This document shows positions 22,601 to 32,038 of a stretch of DNA of 64,000 nt, one piece after another. The notes below the pieces were generated by a model. That model was not told the DNA's origin. It saw only the letters and a list, made by a program, of their open reading frames with translations, and did no database searches. Numbering within the stretch: position 1 is the first letter of the stretch; each line of letters begins with the position of its first letter. Location: assembly GCA_963675495.1 (NCBI GenBank), contig OY776215.1, forward strand, positions 2,304,001 through 2,368,000, read 5' to 3'. The translations under genes were made by a program, and so were the position numbers. The DNA comes from an uncultured Methanolobus sp. GTDB taxonomy: Archaea > Halobacteriota > Methanosarcinia > Methanosarcinales > Methanosarcinaceae.

Positions 22601-23073
22601 AGACTATTGTTGTTTGCCGAATCAAGAACAATGCCATAATAATTTCCAGTCACTATATTATTTGAAATAGTACAGTTAGAATTTGAGTTCAAATAAATAC
22701 CAACCAGAGAAGAGGCAGATGCACCTGTGATAGTAAATCCATTGATAGTGACATTGCTGGCTGTAATATTGACTGCATCGCTATCTGATGATGAATTTAC
22801 AATCGTGTCTGCTGCACCGCTCTGAGAACGTATGGTCACTTCATGGTCGACAACTATGTTCTCATTGTAAGTACCGTCACTTACAGTAATGATGTCACCA
22901 TCAGTTGCATTTGCAAGTGCAGAACTGATGCTCGAATAGTCTTCACCAGCAGAGCCTACTGTAATCTCTGCAGCTGAAACAGTTGCTACGCATGAAAATG
23001 ATAATAAAAAGATAATTGCTATTATCCGATATTTTAAACTGGGGAACTTGATCTTTTTCATAGTGAACACCAT
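19624..23073 (-). CDS. Cell-surface NosD/right-handed beta-helix protein with PGF-pre-PGF and PGF-CTERM
   Basis: Many GIYLxxSxNNxLTxNxAxxN repeats, ETPGFSIF, terminal TPGF-TM-RKLK. Confidence 0.9.
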   Translation of the reverse strand: MVFTMKKIKFPSLKYRIIAIIFLLSFSCVATVSAAEITVGSAGEDYSSISSALANATDGDIITVSDGTYNENIVVDHEVTIRSQSGAADTIVNSSSDSDAVNITASNVTINGFTITGASASSLVGIYLNSNSNCTISNNIVTGNYYGIVLDSANNNSLTGNNVNSNDKSGIVLDSSSNNNLTGNNAIDNHNYGISVSRSSDNKLTGNNASGDYYGIQFYYADSNELIGNNASCNDVHGIALSSSNNNELTGNTAVDNPSYGIYLTSSSSSNLTSNYASDNNCGILFSSSDNNNLTNNNASNNDFGIRFFSSNSNNMTGNVMSANTYNFNVNVFDSDLNDLLHDIDDSNKVNGKPIYYWTNRADEEVPFDAGLVYVVNSTNITVKDTIVTNGYSGINFVYTTNSTIENTTTSECASGIYLYNSNVNELTNNNASDNNYGIYLSSSSNNNLTSNNASDNGRGIRLSSSDNNNLTNNNASNNEHGIYLSNSDNNELASNNISSDNDYGIYLASASSNDLVSNNASNNNEDGIYLSSSSDNNLVNNNANDNNQGINIRYSDNNNLAGNNASDNNRGIWLYSSNNNNLTSNTMSSNVYNLYVSSSNLDDYINDIDDSNTVDNKPVYYWTKRADEEVPSSAGVVYVVNSINVTVKDIEVTNEYNGITFAYTTNSTIENVTTSECNYGIYIKHSDYNNLTSNDANNNNNNGIDLQYSEYNDLINNTCDTNNNNGIGLSFSHSNELTGNDVNNNDDDGIHLWASDYNDLTGNNANNNNDYGVYIKSSDYTNLTNNTANNNNEKDLYVRYSASCTVDRFVLTNNLAQLSFFADSSSTSISGSETNANALSGKTNVNGYASIDRSGDLNVTFFYDDSGMSSSGESSVALYRLDGSTWAEVPNTSLNTSGNYLSATLSEFGTFGLFKTSESSSSSSSSSGSSGSRASVSQGQDPAIVKTTAASTLRVTKGTEVNYDFSDSDTPVLGVSFDAKNDEGLVVAKVQVLSDSPEEIPSPSGTSYQLMSIDIGTEGTISTDNADNVLINFKVSREWIEENDIDVSTIHMTRFHDQQWQNLPTIQAKEDDEFIYFTAETPGFSIFNVVGYKKGEVVAEKETGYSIPADKDTEPENTETKDTPGFAGLAGIVIVSIAFLVIRKLKSD

Positions 23074-23417
23074 AAATAAAAAAAACTAATATATTTTGAC
23101 TGAAATGCATATCGGTGTGAATATTATATATGCATTATCCTGTTATGTTGTGTTTTTCTTTTATTGTGGGTGCTATTTTCAAGAATTGCTAATTTTGTTT
23201 CCTGTTATTCTTGTTAATCTCCTCAGGAGGTACAATGTGTTTCTTTCTCTCTCATATTCTTCACTTTCTCTGTTCCTTTGTATCGCTACCCCGCTCCTTA
23301 TATAACTACAAATCCGTTCGAAGTTTAGACAATTCTTTAATATGTGCATGTCATACTCTATATTATGCGATAACCGGTCAAATCACCGGCAAAACATCGA
23401 ACAAGGAGAATGTGAAA

Positions 23418-24158
23418 ATGTCACAGGAAAATAAAATATCATATTTAGCTATTATTGCATTATCAGTAGTATTGGTGGTGATGTCGTTAACGATATACGC
23501 CATCTCACAGGATGGGTCTGAAACAGACTCAATGAACACAATATCCATGAGTGGTTCCGCTGAACAGAAGGTCGTTCCCGACACCGCAAGCATTAGCATC
23601 GGTGCCGTTATCCAGGCTGACACCTCAGAGCAGGCAACCAGCGAGAACGCAGCCATCATGAGTGTCGTCATAGAAGAACTCAAAGCCCTCGGTCTTGAGG
23701 ACAATGAGATACAGACATCCTATGTATCCGTGTATCCTATCTACAACTACGATAAGGAAAGAACCATCACAGGCTACTCAGCCTCCAACAGTGTAGAGGT
23801 CACAACCACAGACCTCGATGTCCTGAGTGATGTCATTGACAAGTCAGCAGCTGCCGGGGCCAATCAGATTGGAAGTATATCCTTTTCAGTATCTGATGAC
23901 CAGCAAAAAGAGCTTCGTGAAGACCTCATGGACGAAGCCGTAGCTGATGCATCCTCAAAGGCTGACTCTCTTGCAAGCAGTCTGGGAGTTAAGATAACCG
24001 GCGTGAAGACCTCATCCATATACGAAGGTGGAAGTCCCAGAATCTATTACGCAATGGCAGATGAAGCAATAGAGGAAGAAGCAGCATTTGAAACTCCGAT
24101 CCAGCCGGGAGAGTCCACAGTATCAATGTCAGTAGAGGTCACATACTACATTGCATAA
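23418..24158 (+). CDS. SIMPL (DUF541) domain protein
   Basis: N-terminal TM, VVPDTASISIG, GANQIGSISF, PIQPGE...VEVTY; start at ATG 23418. Confidence 0.9.
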   Translation: MSQENKISYLAIIALSVVLVVMSLTIYAISQDGSETDSMNTISMSGSAEQKVVPDTASISIGAVIQADTSEQATSENAAIMSVVIEELKALGLEDNEIQTSYVSVYPIYNYDKERTITGYSASNSVEVTTTDLDVLSDVIDKSAAAGANQIGSISFSVSDDQQKELREDLMDEAVADASSKADSLASSLGVKITGVKTSSIYEGGSPRIYYAMADEAIEEEAAFETPIQPGESTVSMSVEVTYYIA

Positions 24159-24340
24159 ACTCACCGGACAGAACGAGAATTGAAACTTAATGCTTAAAAA
24201 CAATATCTAAAAAACGTCCACTCTAAAAACGACCTGAAGCTGCAGATGACATGTATTATGACGAGTATGTTGTCTGCAACTTCTCCGGTGTACACGACAA
24301 CCAAGCACAAACCAACTTCTTTATCCGTACACCAATCCTA

Positions 24341-24373
24341 ACCACCGGTAGATGCCGGTGGTCTTTTTTCTTT
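24341..24373 (+). terminator. Hairpin plus T-tract
   Basis: ACCACCGG-tagatg-CCGGTGGT followed by CTTTTTTCTTT. Confidence 0.55.
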
Positions 24374-24831
24374 ATTCCTGTTTGTTTTTTCTCTGTAAGT
24401 TTCCATAAGCTGCAAATTTGTTGTAAGAAATGATTATAAAAATAATGATTACAATAATAATCATTACGTGATTTTACGGTTCTGTAGAGATCCTGCTAAT
24501 TGCAAATTTGAACACGGCAATTTCAAACAACTTCATTATTTCAAGAGTCTTGGTGGTATCGAAGTAATGTGCCGCCTGCGGCGTGTGGTCGCATTGTTCT
24601 TTGTTTGTCAATGATCATTGCAGACCTATCAGAAACACAGGGACACAGGAGACAATAAGTTAGATCAACCGCAAGTCGTGAATAACTAAGATCATCCCGG
24701 AGGGTCCCGGCGAAGCCGGCACGATCCGAAAAGATGAAAAAAGAATATGTTTCCTTCAGCTCTTTTTCTGCAAGTACAATTTCACGCAGATAAATTGTGT
24801 TTTTGAGTTTTTGTACCAGCTGTACTTAAAT

Positions 24832-25983
24832 TCAGGGATCTGGAACTATTTTCTCTTCAATCATCTTCCTAACAGCCCCCGCTCCGTCCAGCTCCAATGC
24901 CATCTCCTGCATCTCAGCAAGCCTATTCCTGTATCTCTCGTCGTCAATAAGCAATTTTATATTCTCAAGTATATCTTCAGGAGATGCGGAGTAGTCCAGT
25001 TTCTTTCCCAGTTCATCCTCTTCGATAACAATGGCATTGTTCTGCTGTTCGCTATGGTTCTTGTCGGGGATGGTGATCATGGGAACTGCGAAGCTCATGG
25101 CTTCCATCATGGTGCTGTGACCGCCAGGGGCTATAATAACATCAGAAGCCTTCAGGTATGGGAACTGGTTGTCTATGAACTTGAGGATCTGTACATTATC
25201 AGGGATTGTGCCAAAGTCTGAAGGATCAATACTTGGTCCGCAAAGAAGGGTGTAATTGATATTGCTATCTATGCCAGCGGCTTCAATGACCTTCCTGAAA
25301 ATAGGTTCCCTGTGGCCAAAACCTCCGATGGTGCAGAGCACATGGGGCCGATTCAACTCTTTGGCAATAGTTTCTTCAAAGCTCTTACCGACTAGTGGAC
25401 CACTAAAGGAAACCTTCTTCCACATCTGTTCCTTGAATTTCAGGTTCTTCCGACATACTGTATGCGGAAGTGGGTAATCTGGAATGATCACTCCATCTGC
25501 CAGCTTGAACATACCCGTGCAGAACTGTTTGACGATCTCAGCCAGAATCTTGTTTAAGACTCCTTTTGCTTTAAAGAAATTTTCCATGTCAGACTGGTTT
25601 ACTATTATATAGCAAGGTATGCTGTGTAATCTTGCGCTCAATATTCCCATGAAATAACTGTCTGATATAACAACATCTGGTCTTTCTTTTTTGAGAAGCC
25701 TTCTGAGTTCGACCAGACCCCACCTTGAAGGGCTGTACTCCCATTTCTTAAAAGTTGCAATAATAGACTTTTTTATATTCAGGGAACCTGCATTGCCTAC
25801 AAGTGTTATCTCAGGAGGAATCTCCTGTGTGATGAAACCGTTGCGTTCAATAAGCTTTCTGGAATACCCATAAGCACCAAAGTAAACCTCATTCCCGGTA
25901 GATGCCAATTCTCTTCCTATTGAAATACATCTGCTTGTGTGGCCAAGTCCCTCACCACAGACTATTATCATTACTCTCATCAT
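24832..25983 (-). CDS. GT-B glycosyltransferase (MurG/GT28 C-terminal-like)
   Basis: CGEGLGHTSR, GGHSTMMEA, HSEQQNNA. Confidence 0.88.
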   Translation of the reverse strand: MMRVMIIVCGEGLGHTSRCISIGRELASTGNEVYFGAYGYSRKLIERNGFITQEIPPEITLVGNAGSLNIKKSIIATFKKWEYSPSRWGLVELRRLLKKERPDVVISDSYFMGILSARLHSIPCYIIVNQSDMENFFKAKGVLNKILAEIVKQFCTGMFKLADGVIIPDYPLPHTVCRKNLKFKEQMWKKVSFSGPLVGKSFEETIAKELNRPHVLCTIGGFGHREPIFRKVIEAAGIDSNINYTLLCGPSIDPSDFGTIPDNVQILKFIDNQFPYLKASDVIIAPGGHSTMMEAMSFAVPMITIPDKNHSEQQNNAIVIEEDELGKKLDYSASPEDILENIKLLIDDERYRNRLAEMQEMALELDGAGAVRKMIEEKIVPDP

Positions 25984-26626
25984 AACACCAAAAAATAGCT
26001 ATATCAAAAAAATAGACTGGCATTCATATGTTTTTATCTTTTAAAAATACTTTTATCACAATTATTTATATGTTTTTCAAAAAAGCCATGTTGCAAAGCA
26101 TTATACTCAACTTTTAATGATGCACCCAATTCTGGATACCTATGGCTGTTTTGATATCCTGTATGGCAGGAAGGGCAATCCTGAAGCAGAGAACTGCTGC
26201 GCCAGGTGCATTATCATATTGTTGAAATGTGTATGTTTCTCCATTTTTTCGGTGCCATCTTTTTCATAATATTTTGTGGATTTGTACACGTGTTGGGGGT
26301 ACATCACATGAGCAACTGGTATGCACGTGCAGATCAGCTTACACCAGCCATCTCCAAGGAATTCTGCCGCTTTGTCGGACGAAATTATTTTTTGTTTTGC
26401 ATTGTCCAGTTTCTGAAACAATTTATCGCATCCGTGATGTTGGTTTATTTTACTTCCTTCTCGATATGTATATTTTTCAAGTCTGAAATAAATATTTAAC
26501 CACATATATATAGATATCTCTATTTTCTATATAATAAAGACCTAAATATTACTGGCATAAAGTTATCAATATGTCTATATTCTCGCACGTAGTTAGATTG
26601 TATGGAAGCATTTTCTTAGAGGTTGA

Positions 26627-27754
26627 ATGAAATTCCTTATTTTCGTATGTGGAGAGGGTCTGGGACACACCGGCAGATGTATCTCGCTGGCAAATGAGTT
26701 GCTGGCTGCAGGGCATAGTGTACACATTGGTGCATATGGTTATTCTAAAGAGCTGATCGAAAAGTCAGGCCATAAGGCAACAGAGATTCCGCAGGAACTT
26801 CAGCTAGCAGGAAAGAATGGTTCTCTGGACTTGAAAAGTTCCATATTGTTAACAGTAAAAAGCATTTCTCCTGATAAAATAAGGACGGTTCAGAACCTGC
26901 TTAAAAAAACCAACCCGGATTTTGTTATCTCAGATGGCTACTATCTGGGTATCATTGCTGCAAAACTGAAAGGCGTGCATAGGTCTATGATAGTGAACCA
27001 GTCCAGTATGCAGGACTTTTTCAAGGGCAAAGGGTTTGCCGTAGGATTGGCAGGGTCTGTTGTCAAAGGATTCTATACGTGGATCTATAATAACATAGAC
27101 ATAATCTTCGTCCCTGACTTCTCTCCTCCATTTACAATATGTGGCTCTAACCTTGCGTTTCCTTTGGGAGTTGAGAAGAAAGTTGAGTTCAGTGGACCTG
27201 TATTAAGAAAAAGATTCGATGAAGTGGTCCCAAAGGAAAATGTAAAAAGACCCCATGTACTTTGCAGTATCGGGGGCTTTGGATATCGTCTCCAGATATT
27301 CAAAACCATAATTAAAGCTGCAGCAATGGATCAGAATATCAATTACACTCTAATAGGAGGCCCGGATCTTGATTACGATGTGCTGGAAAATGTGCCTGAG
27401 AATGTGGACATTTGCAGGTTTGTGGCAGATCCGTTCCCTTACTACAGATCAAGTGACCTTATTATTTGTACAGGAGGGCATGGAACGCTTACAGAGTCCC
27501 TTAGCTTTGGATTACCGGTCATTTCCTTCCCGGATCAGTCACATAATGAGCAGGAGAACAATGCCAGTCTTTTAGAAAAGAATGGATGTGGGCTGGCATT
27601 TTCATACTCTGCATCTCCTGGTGAATTAATGGATTCAATTCATTTTCTTATAAATGATGAAAAATTCAGGTCAAACACGTCTGAATTGAAAAAGCAGGCA
27701 CAACTAATGGATGGTCCTGCTTATATCAGAAAAAGACTGGAAAAATATGGGTGA
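26627..27754 (+). CDS. GT-B glycosyltransferase (paralog of 24832-25983)
   Basis: CGEGLGHTGR, GGHGTLTES, HNEQENNA. Confidence 0.88.
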   Translation: MKFLIFVCGEGLGHTGRCISLANELLAAGHSVHIGAYGYSKELIEKSGHKATEIPQELQLAGKNGSLDLKSSILLTVKSISPDKIRTVQNLLKKTNPDFVISDGYYLGIIAAKLKGVHRSMIVNQSSMQDFFKGKGFAVGLAGSVVKGFYTWIYNNIDIIFVPDFSPPFTICGSNLAFPLGVEKKVEFSGPVLRKRFDEVVPKENVKRPHVLCSIGGFGYRLQIFKTIIKAAAMDQNINYTLIGGPDLDYDVLENVPENVDICRFVADPFPYYRSSDLIICTGGHGTLTESLSFGLPVISFPDQSHNEQENNASLLEKNGCGLAFSYSASPGELMDSIHFLINDEKFRSNTSELKKQAQLMDGPAYIRKRLEKYG

Positions 27755-27781
27755 TATGTAAAATATGAATCATGCGTCAGT

Positions 27782-28301
27782 TCATATCCGTATTAATAGC
27801 TCCATAAATTTGGTCAATTCCTCGTGATTCTGCAGAACAATATCTGCATGTACAAGCTCTTTTCTATCAAGATGTGTGGGCAGCCCTACAGAAAAAACCC
27901 CTGCATTTTTAGCAGATGTGACACCAAGTATGGCATTTTTTATAACGATGCATTTCTCATTTTCAGTTCCCAGCATCTTCACATCTTTATTATAAGGGTC
28001 TGGGACTGGTTTGCCGTTGATGGTGTCATCACCGTTGACAATTACATCAAAAGTTTCCGGGAAACATTTGTCCATCATGTTTTCCACGGTAGTTCTGTCT
28101 GAACTGGGAACAATGGAAAGTTCAAATCTCTTTTTCAATGAATGAAGACATATATCCATTTCCTTGAACATGGTAACAGCATATCTTTCAAAGATCGATA
28201 CCTATTCCTTTTTCCATAAAAGCAATTTTCCAGGCTATTGCATGCTGGTGCATTGAATCAATTAGCACGCCATCCATATCAAATATCAGGGCTTCGATCA
28301 C
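27782..28301 (-). pseudogene. Disrupted HAD-family phosphatase
   Basis: GTG at 28301 gives VIEALIFDMDGVLIDSM...GIDL* (motif I, then stop); the C-terminal half (GKPVPDPY, IKNA in place of ENA) follows in another frame with most of the cap domain missing. Confidence 0.8.
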
Positions 28302-28466
28302 ATTCAAGAACAGGGTAAATTTGCATATTTAATTAATCGAGGGAATTAATATAGATTTGTGATGGATTATAATATCTATATAGTGATTATATTTAGTTAT
28401 CTTTGGATTTTCTTTTCTTGATTGTGATTAATAAAAGATTTTTAAACCTCAGGGTAATCTATTATT

Positions 28467-29051
28467 ATGGATAAAATGGGAGCCATTTTTGCAATGCTGG
28501 TAATAGCTAGTGTAGTAATTGTTATGTGGTTTATATATGGGGTGTATGTTTCTATGGCATCAGAACAAGTGGAATACGATGTAATTAATGAATTAGACAA
28601 TGATGTGGAAATACGACAGTACAGGGAAGTAACTGTGATATCAACAGTAGCAGACGATTCCGGAAAGGCTTTTTCAAGGCTTGCGGGCTATATTTCGGGT
28701 ACTAATAAAGAAAACTTGAAAATAAATATGACTGCACCTGTGCTTTCCACAAAGGATAAATTGTCTGTCAATCTGTCCTTTGTGCTGCCGTCTGGTTACA
28801 ATATGAGCAATGTTCCTGAGCCAGAAAGAAGTGATATTTCAATTCATACTATTCCTTCCCGGAAAGTGGCAGCAATAAAGTTCCCGGGTTACGCCAATGA
28901 TGCTGCAATTGAAAATAACAAGGCTATTCTCATGGCTCAGCTAGATGAGCATGGTCTGGTTACTAAAGGGGACTTTTTCCTGATGCGTTATAATCCTCCA
29001 TGGATACCTCCAGCTCTTATGCGCAATGAAGTCGCTATTGAGGTGGAATGA
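28467..29051 (+). CDS. SOUL heme-binding family protein
   Basis: VEIRQY, AFSRLAGYISG, INMTAPV, YNPPW...RNEV. Confidence 0.9.
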   Translation: MDKMGAIFAMLVIASVVIVMWFIYGVYVSMASEQVEYDVINELDNDVEIRQYREVTVISTVADDSGKAFSRLAGYISGTNKENLKINMTAPVLSTKDKLSVNLSFVLPSGYNMSNVPEPERSDISIHTIPSRKVAAIKFPGYANDAAIENNKAILMAQLDEHGLVTKGDFFLMRYNPPWIPPALMRNEVAIEVE

Positions 29052-30434
29052 TTGGTAAAAAAATACAAGCGTTCTCTTTTCATATTCAGGCGTGACCTTC
29101 GTGTGGACGATAACACTACTTTGAACAAGGCACTGGAATTCTCTGATGAGGTGATTCCTTGTTTTATATTCGACCCGAGGCTTGCGGACGAGAAAAGGAA
29201 ATATTTTAATTACAATTCTTTCCAGTTCCTGCTGGAAAGCCTGGAAGACCTTAAAGTACAATTGGAATTAATTGGTGGGAGGCTGTTCATTTTCTCCGCC
29301 CTACCTGAAAATGTCATTGTGGAGCTTAAGCAAAACAATGGTATTGATGCTGTCTTCTTCAACAAGGACTATACCCCATTTAGCAGGAAGAGAGACTATC
29401 TAATAAATGTGGCATGTGCTGATGCAGGAATCGATGCAATAAGTTTTCATGATGCTCTCCTTCATGAGCCGGGCACTGTGCTTACTAATGAAGGAAAACC
29501 TTATCGTGTGTTCTCCCAGTTCTTCAGGAAAGCTTCAAAAATAGAAGTACCTCTGCCGGTTACGCAAGAAGGGGGAAGATTTTATTCTCATAATCTGGGG
29601 CAGAAGGAGATCAAGCTTTCAGACTTCTCTTCCCTTAGCAAAAATCAGTTCCTCTTTACCAAAGGTGGCAGAAGCTATGCTCTATCTGTTTTGCAGGAAC
29701 TTCGGGATTACAGAAATTATGATGATGAACGTAATTTTCCATCAATACAGGGGACGACCGGGCTATCAGCACACAATAAACTAGGTACCGTCTCAATACG
29801 GGAATTCTATCATTATGTTAGGGATGAGCTGGATGTGGGTCATACTCTTATTAATGAACTTCACTGGCGTGACTTTTTCACTCACATTGCCATCGATTTT
29901 CCTTATGTTTTCCAGAAGGCTTTCAAACAAAAGTTCGATGCTCTTTCATGGTCTGATAATAAAGAACTCTTTGATGCGTGGTGCAAAGGGCAAACTGGCT
30001 TCCCGATCGTCGATGCTGGCATGAGGGAGTTGAACACTACCGGGTATATGCATAATCGTGTAAGGATGATAGTCGCTTCCTTTCTTGTGAAGGATCTGCA
30101 TATCGACTGGCGCTGGGGAGAGAGGTATTTTGCAAGCAAGCTTGTGGACTATGATCCCTCTGTGAATAATGGTAACTGGCAGTGGGCAGCATCTACTGGT
30201 GCAGATTCACAGCCATACTTCCGTATTTTTAACCCATGGACCCAGCAGAAGAGGTTCGATCCTGAATGTCTGTATATTAAAAAATGGATTCCTGAGTTGG
30301 CAGATGTTCCTCTTAAAACAATTCATTCCCTGAACACAGGGCAACAGCTTCTGGGAGTGGATTATCCACAGCCGGTCGTAGATCATTCTAAGGAGAGGAA
30401 TGCAGCACTTGTGGCATTCAAGTCTGTAGGCTGA
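29052..30434 (+). CDS. phr: Class I CPD DNA photolyase/cryptochrome family
   Basis: FRRDLRVDDN, WCKGQTGFPIVDAGMR, YMHNRVRMIVASFL, NNGNWQW. Confidence 0.93.
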   Translation: MVKKYKRSLFIFRRDLRVDDNTTLNKALEFSDEVIPCFIFDPRLADEKRKYFNYNSFQFLLESLEDLKVQLELIGGRLFIFSALPENVIVELKQNNGIDAVFFNKDYTPFSRKRDYLINVACADAGIDAISFHDALLHEPGTVLTNEGKPYRVFSQFFRKASKIEVPLPVTQEGGRFYSHNLGQKEIKLSDFSSLSKNQFLFTKGGRSYALSVLQELRDYRNYDDERNFPSIQGTTGLSAHNKLGTVSIREFYHYVRDELDVGHTLINELHWRDFFTHIAIDFPYVFQKAFKQKFDALSWSDNKELFDAWCKGQTGFPIVDAGMRELNTTGYMHNRVRMIVASFLVKDLHIDWRWGERYFASKLVDYDPSVNNGNWQWAASTGADSQPYFRIFNPWTQQKRFDPECLYIKKWIPELADVPLKTIHSLNTGQQLLGVDYPQPVVDHSKERNAALVAFKSVG

Positions 30435-30536
30435 TAGTTTCTACAACTTTGATTTTTTCCATTGTTTTTCTATTTTCAATTCAAAAAATACTTATTTATT
30501 GAAACAGCTAACACAGTAAAGACTGAGAGGGTTGAT

Positions 30537-30989
30537 ATGAGCAAAGAACTGGTCAGGAGAATATTTGATAAGCATCTTGAACATGATTGTTTTTTTGATA
30601 AAAAGGCAATTAATGCTGTTGAAGATTCCTCTTCTGTGACGTTTAATACTCTGCCAAACAAGGCCATAAGAGTTATTCACTTTAAAAAAGGGATAAATCC
30701 TTCTAAACTGGGAAAAATATTGGGTGTTGGGAAAAGTACCATTACTTCTACGATAGATACCCTTGAAAAAAATGACCTTGTCATTAGAAAAAACGACCCG
30801 GATGATATGAGAAAACAGATAATCTCACTGACTCCTGCCGGGGAGAACTATCATTTGGAGCTTATGGATATAATTACAGAGCGAGTTGCTTTGCTTTCGG
30901 ATTCTTGTGGGATCAGTGAATCAGAACTTGGAGAGTATCATGAGCATCTGTCTCAAATGGTTTCCATTCTGGACAAGCATATTTCCTAG
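30537..30989 (+). CDS. MarR family transcriptional regulator
   Basis: PSKLGKILGVGKSTIT...LEKNDLVIR..DPDDMR...ISLT. Confidence 0.88.
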   Translation: MSKELVRRIFDKHLEHDCFFDKKAINAVEDSSSVTFNTLPNKAIRVIHFKKGINPSKLGKILGVGKSTITSTIDTLEKNDLVIRKNDPDDMRKQIISLTPAGENYHLELMDIITERVALLSDSCGISESELGEYHEHLSQMVSILDKHIS

Positions 30990-31157
30990 TACTTTTTTGT
31001 AGTTTCCTGAACTCGATGGTTTTATAATTATTTCAGTGATCTGTTATGTATTTCTCTATTTTAGATTACATATGTTAAATTTAATAGTTTTTTAGTTCAC
31101 ACTGAGAACACAATTCTTTCTTTTACAATTCCATCTGTAAACCAATTAGCTTATATA

Positions 31158-31177
31158 ATAGTTCATATATGAACTAT
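31158..31177. promoter_or_regulatory. Perfect 20-bp palindromic operator directly after a TATA box
   Basis: TTATATA then ATAGTTCATATATGAACTAT, upstream of the second ABC operon. Confidence 0.7.
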
Positions 31178-31225
31178 GTTGTAGATTCAATTGTCATAAA
31201 TCAAGTAATATTGAGTAGTGGTGTT

Positions 31226-32038
31226 ATGAACATAAAATATATGTCAAAAAGAGCATTTTTCTTATCCATGCTGATGCTTGTGTTATTTGCCTTTACTGTT
31301 TCCTCAGTTTCGGCAAATGATTCAGAAGTCAGTGATGTGACCAGAACACTACCTGATTCAGTTACACCAAACACTGTATTTACTGTGGTACTGGATATTG
31401 AAGGTAGTACTCCGCTAGTTGTTGGGATTGTTGAAAACATTCCTCAGGGATTGTCTTTCCCGGATGATGACGAAGATATAAGTTCTTCATGTGATTTCAC
31501 AGTAGACCGGAATAATATGACAATCGCTTTTTCAGTAATAGATGTTGATACAATAAGTTACAATCTGGTTTCTTCTTCAACGGGTGTTTATGATTTTTCA
31601 GGCCAATGGGTTGATCTGCTTTACCAGGATGTAGAGATTGATGACTCTGCAGAGCGTCTGGATGAACTAAGTGGGGATAGTGTTTTTGAAGTTGCAGAAA
31701 ACTCCGTCACCGATTCAGATAGCAATTCCGGTAGTAGTTTTTCCGGAAGCAGCACTGGCTCCAGCTTACCGGCAGTTCCGGCAGATGGAACTGAAACAAC
31801 AGAAGTTGTCACAGTAGATATGAGTGCAGCATCTGAGGATGAAAAAGATGTTCTAAAGAACACAGATGAGTCAGGTGAAGGTGTTGAAGATGGTACCGGA
31901 AGTTCTGCTGATAAGTCTGCAGAAAGCAATGCAGGTGTGGAAAGCTCTGTAAACTCTGCTCCTGGTTTTAGTATTGCATTGAGCTGTCTCGCATTCGTGC
32001 TGGCTTTAGCAATTGTTGGTAGCAGGAGGAAATGGTGA
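31226..32038 (+). CDS. Secreted PGF-CTERM-anchored protein with a beta-sandwich (cohesin-like) domain
   Basis: Signal peptide, VTRTLP...FTVVL...ENIPQGLSF beta-rich domain, Ser/Asp/Glu linker, APGF-TM-RRK; start taken at ATG 31226. Confidence 0.75.
   Translation: MNIKYMSKRAFFLSMLMLVLFAFTVSSVSANDSEVSDVTRTLPDSVTPNTVFTVVLDIEGSTPLVVGIVENIPQGLSFPDDDEDISSSCDFTVDRNNMTIAFSVIDVDTISYNLVSSSTGVYDFSGQWVDLLYQDVEIDDSAERLDELSGDSVFEVAENSVTDSDSNSGSSFSGSSTGSSLPAVPADGTETTEVVTVDMSAASEDEKDVLKNTDESGEGVEDGTGSSADKSAESNAGVESSVNSAPGFSIALSCLAFVLALAIVGSRRKW

Noticed and set aside
26140-26505. Three overlapping ORFs between the glycosyltransferases
   Set aside because: None has a convincing family motif; possibly a decayed gene, but I cannot assign a frame or product.
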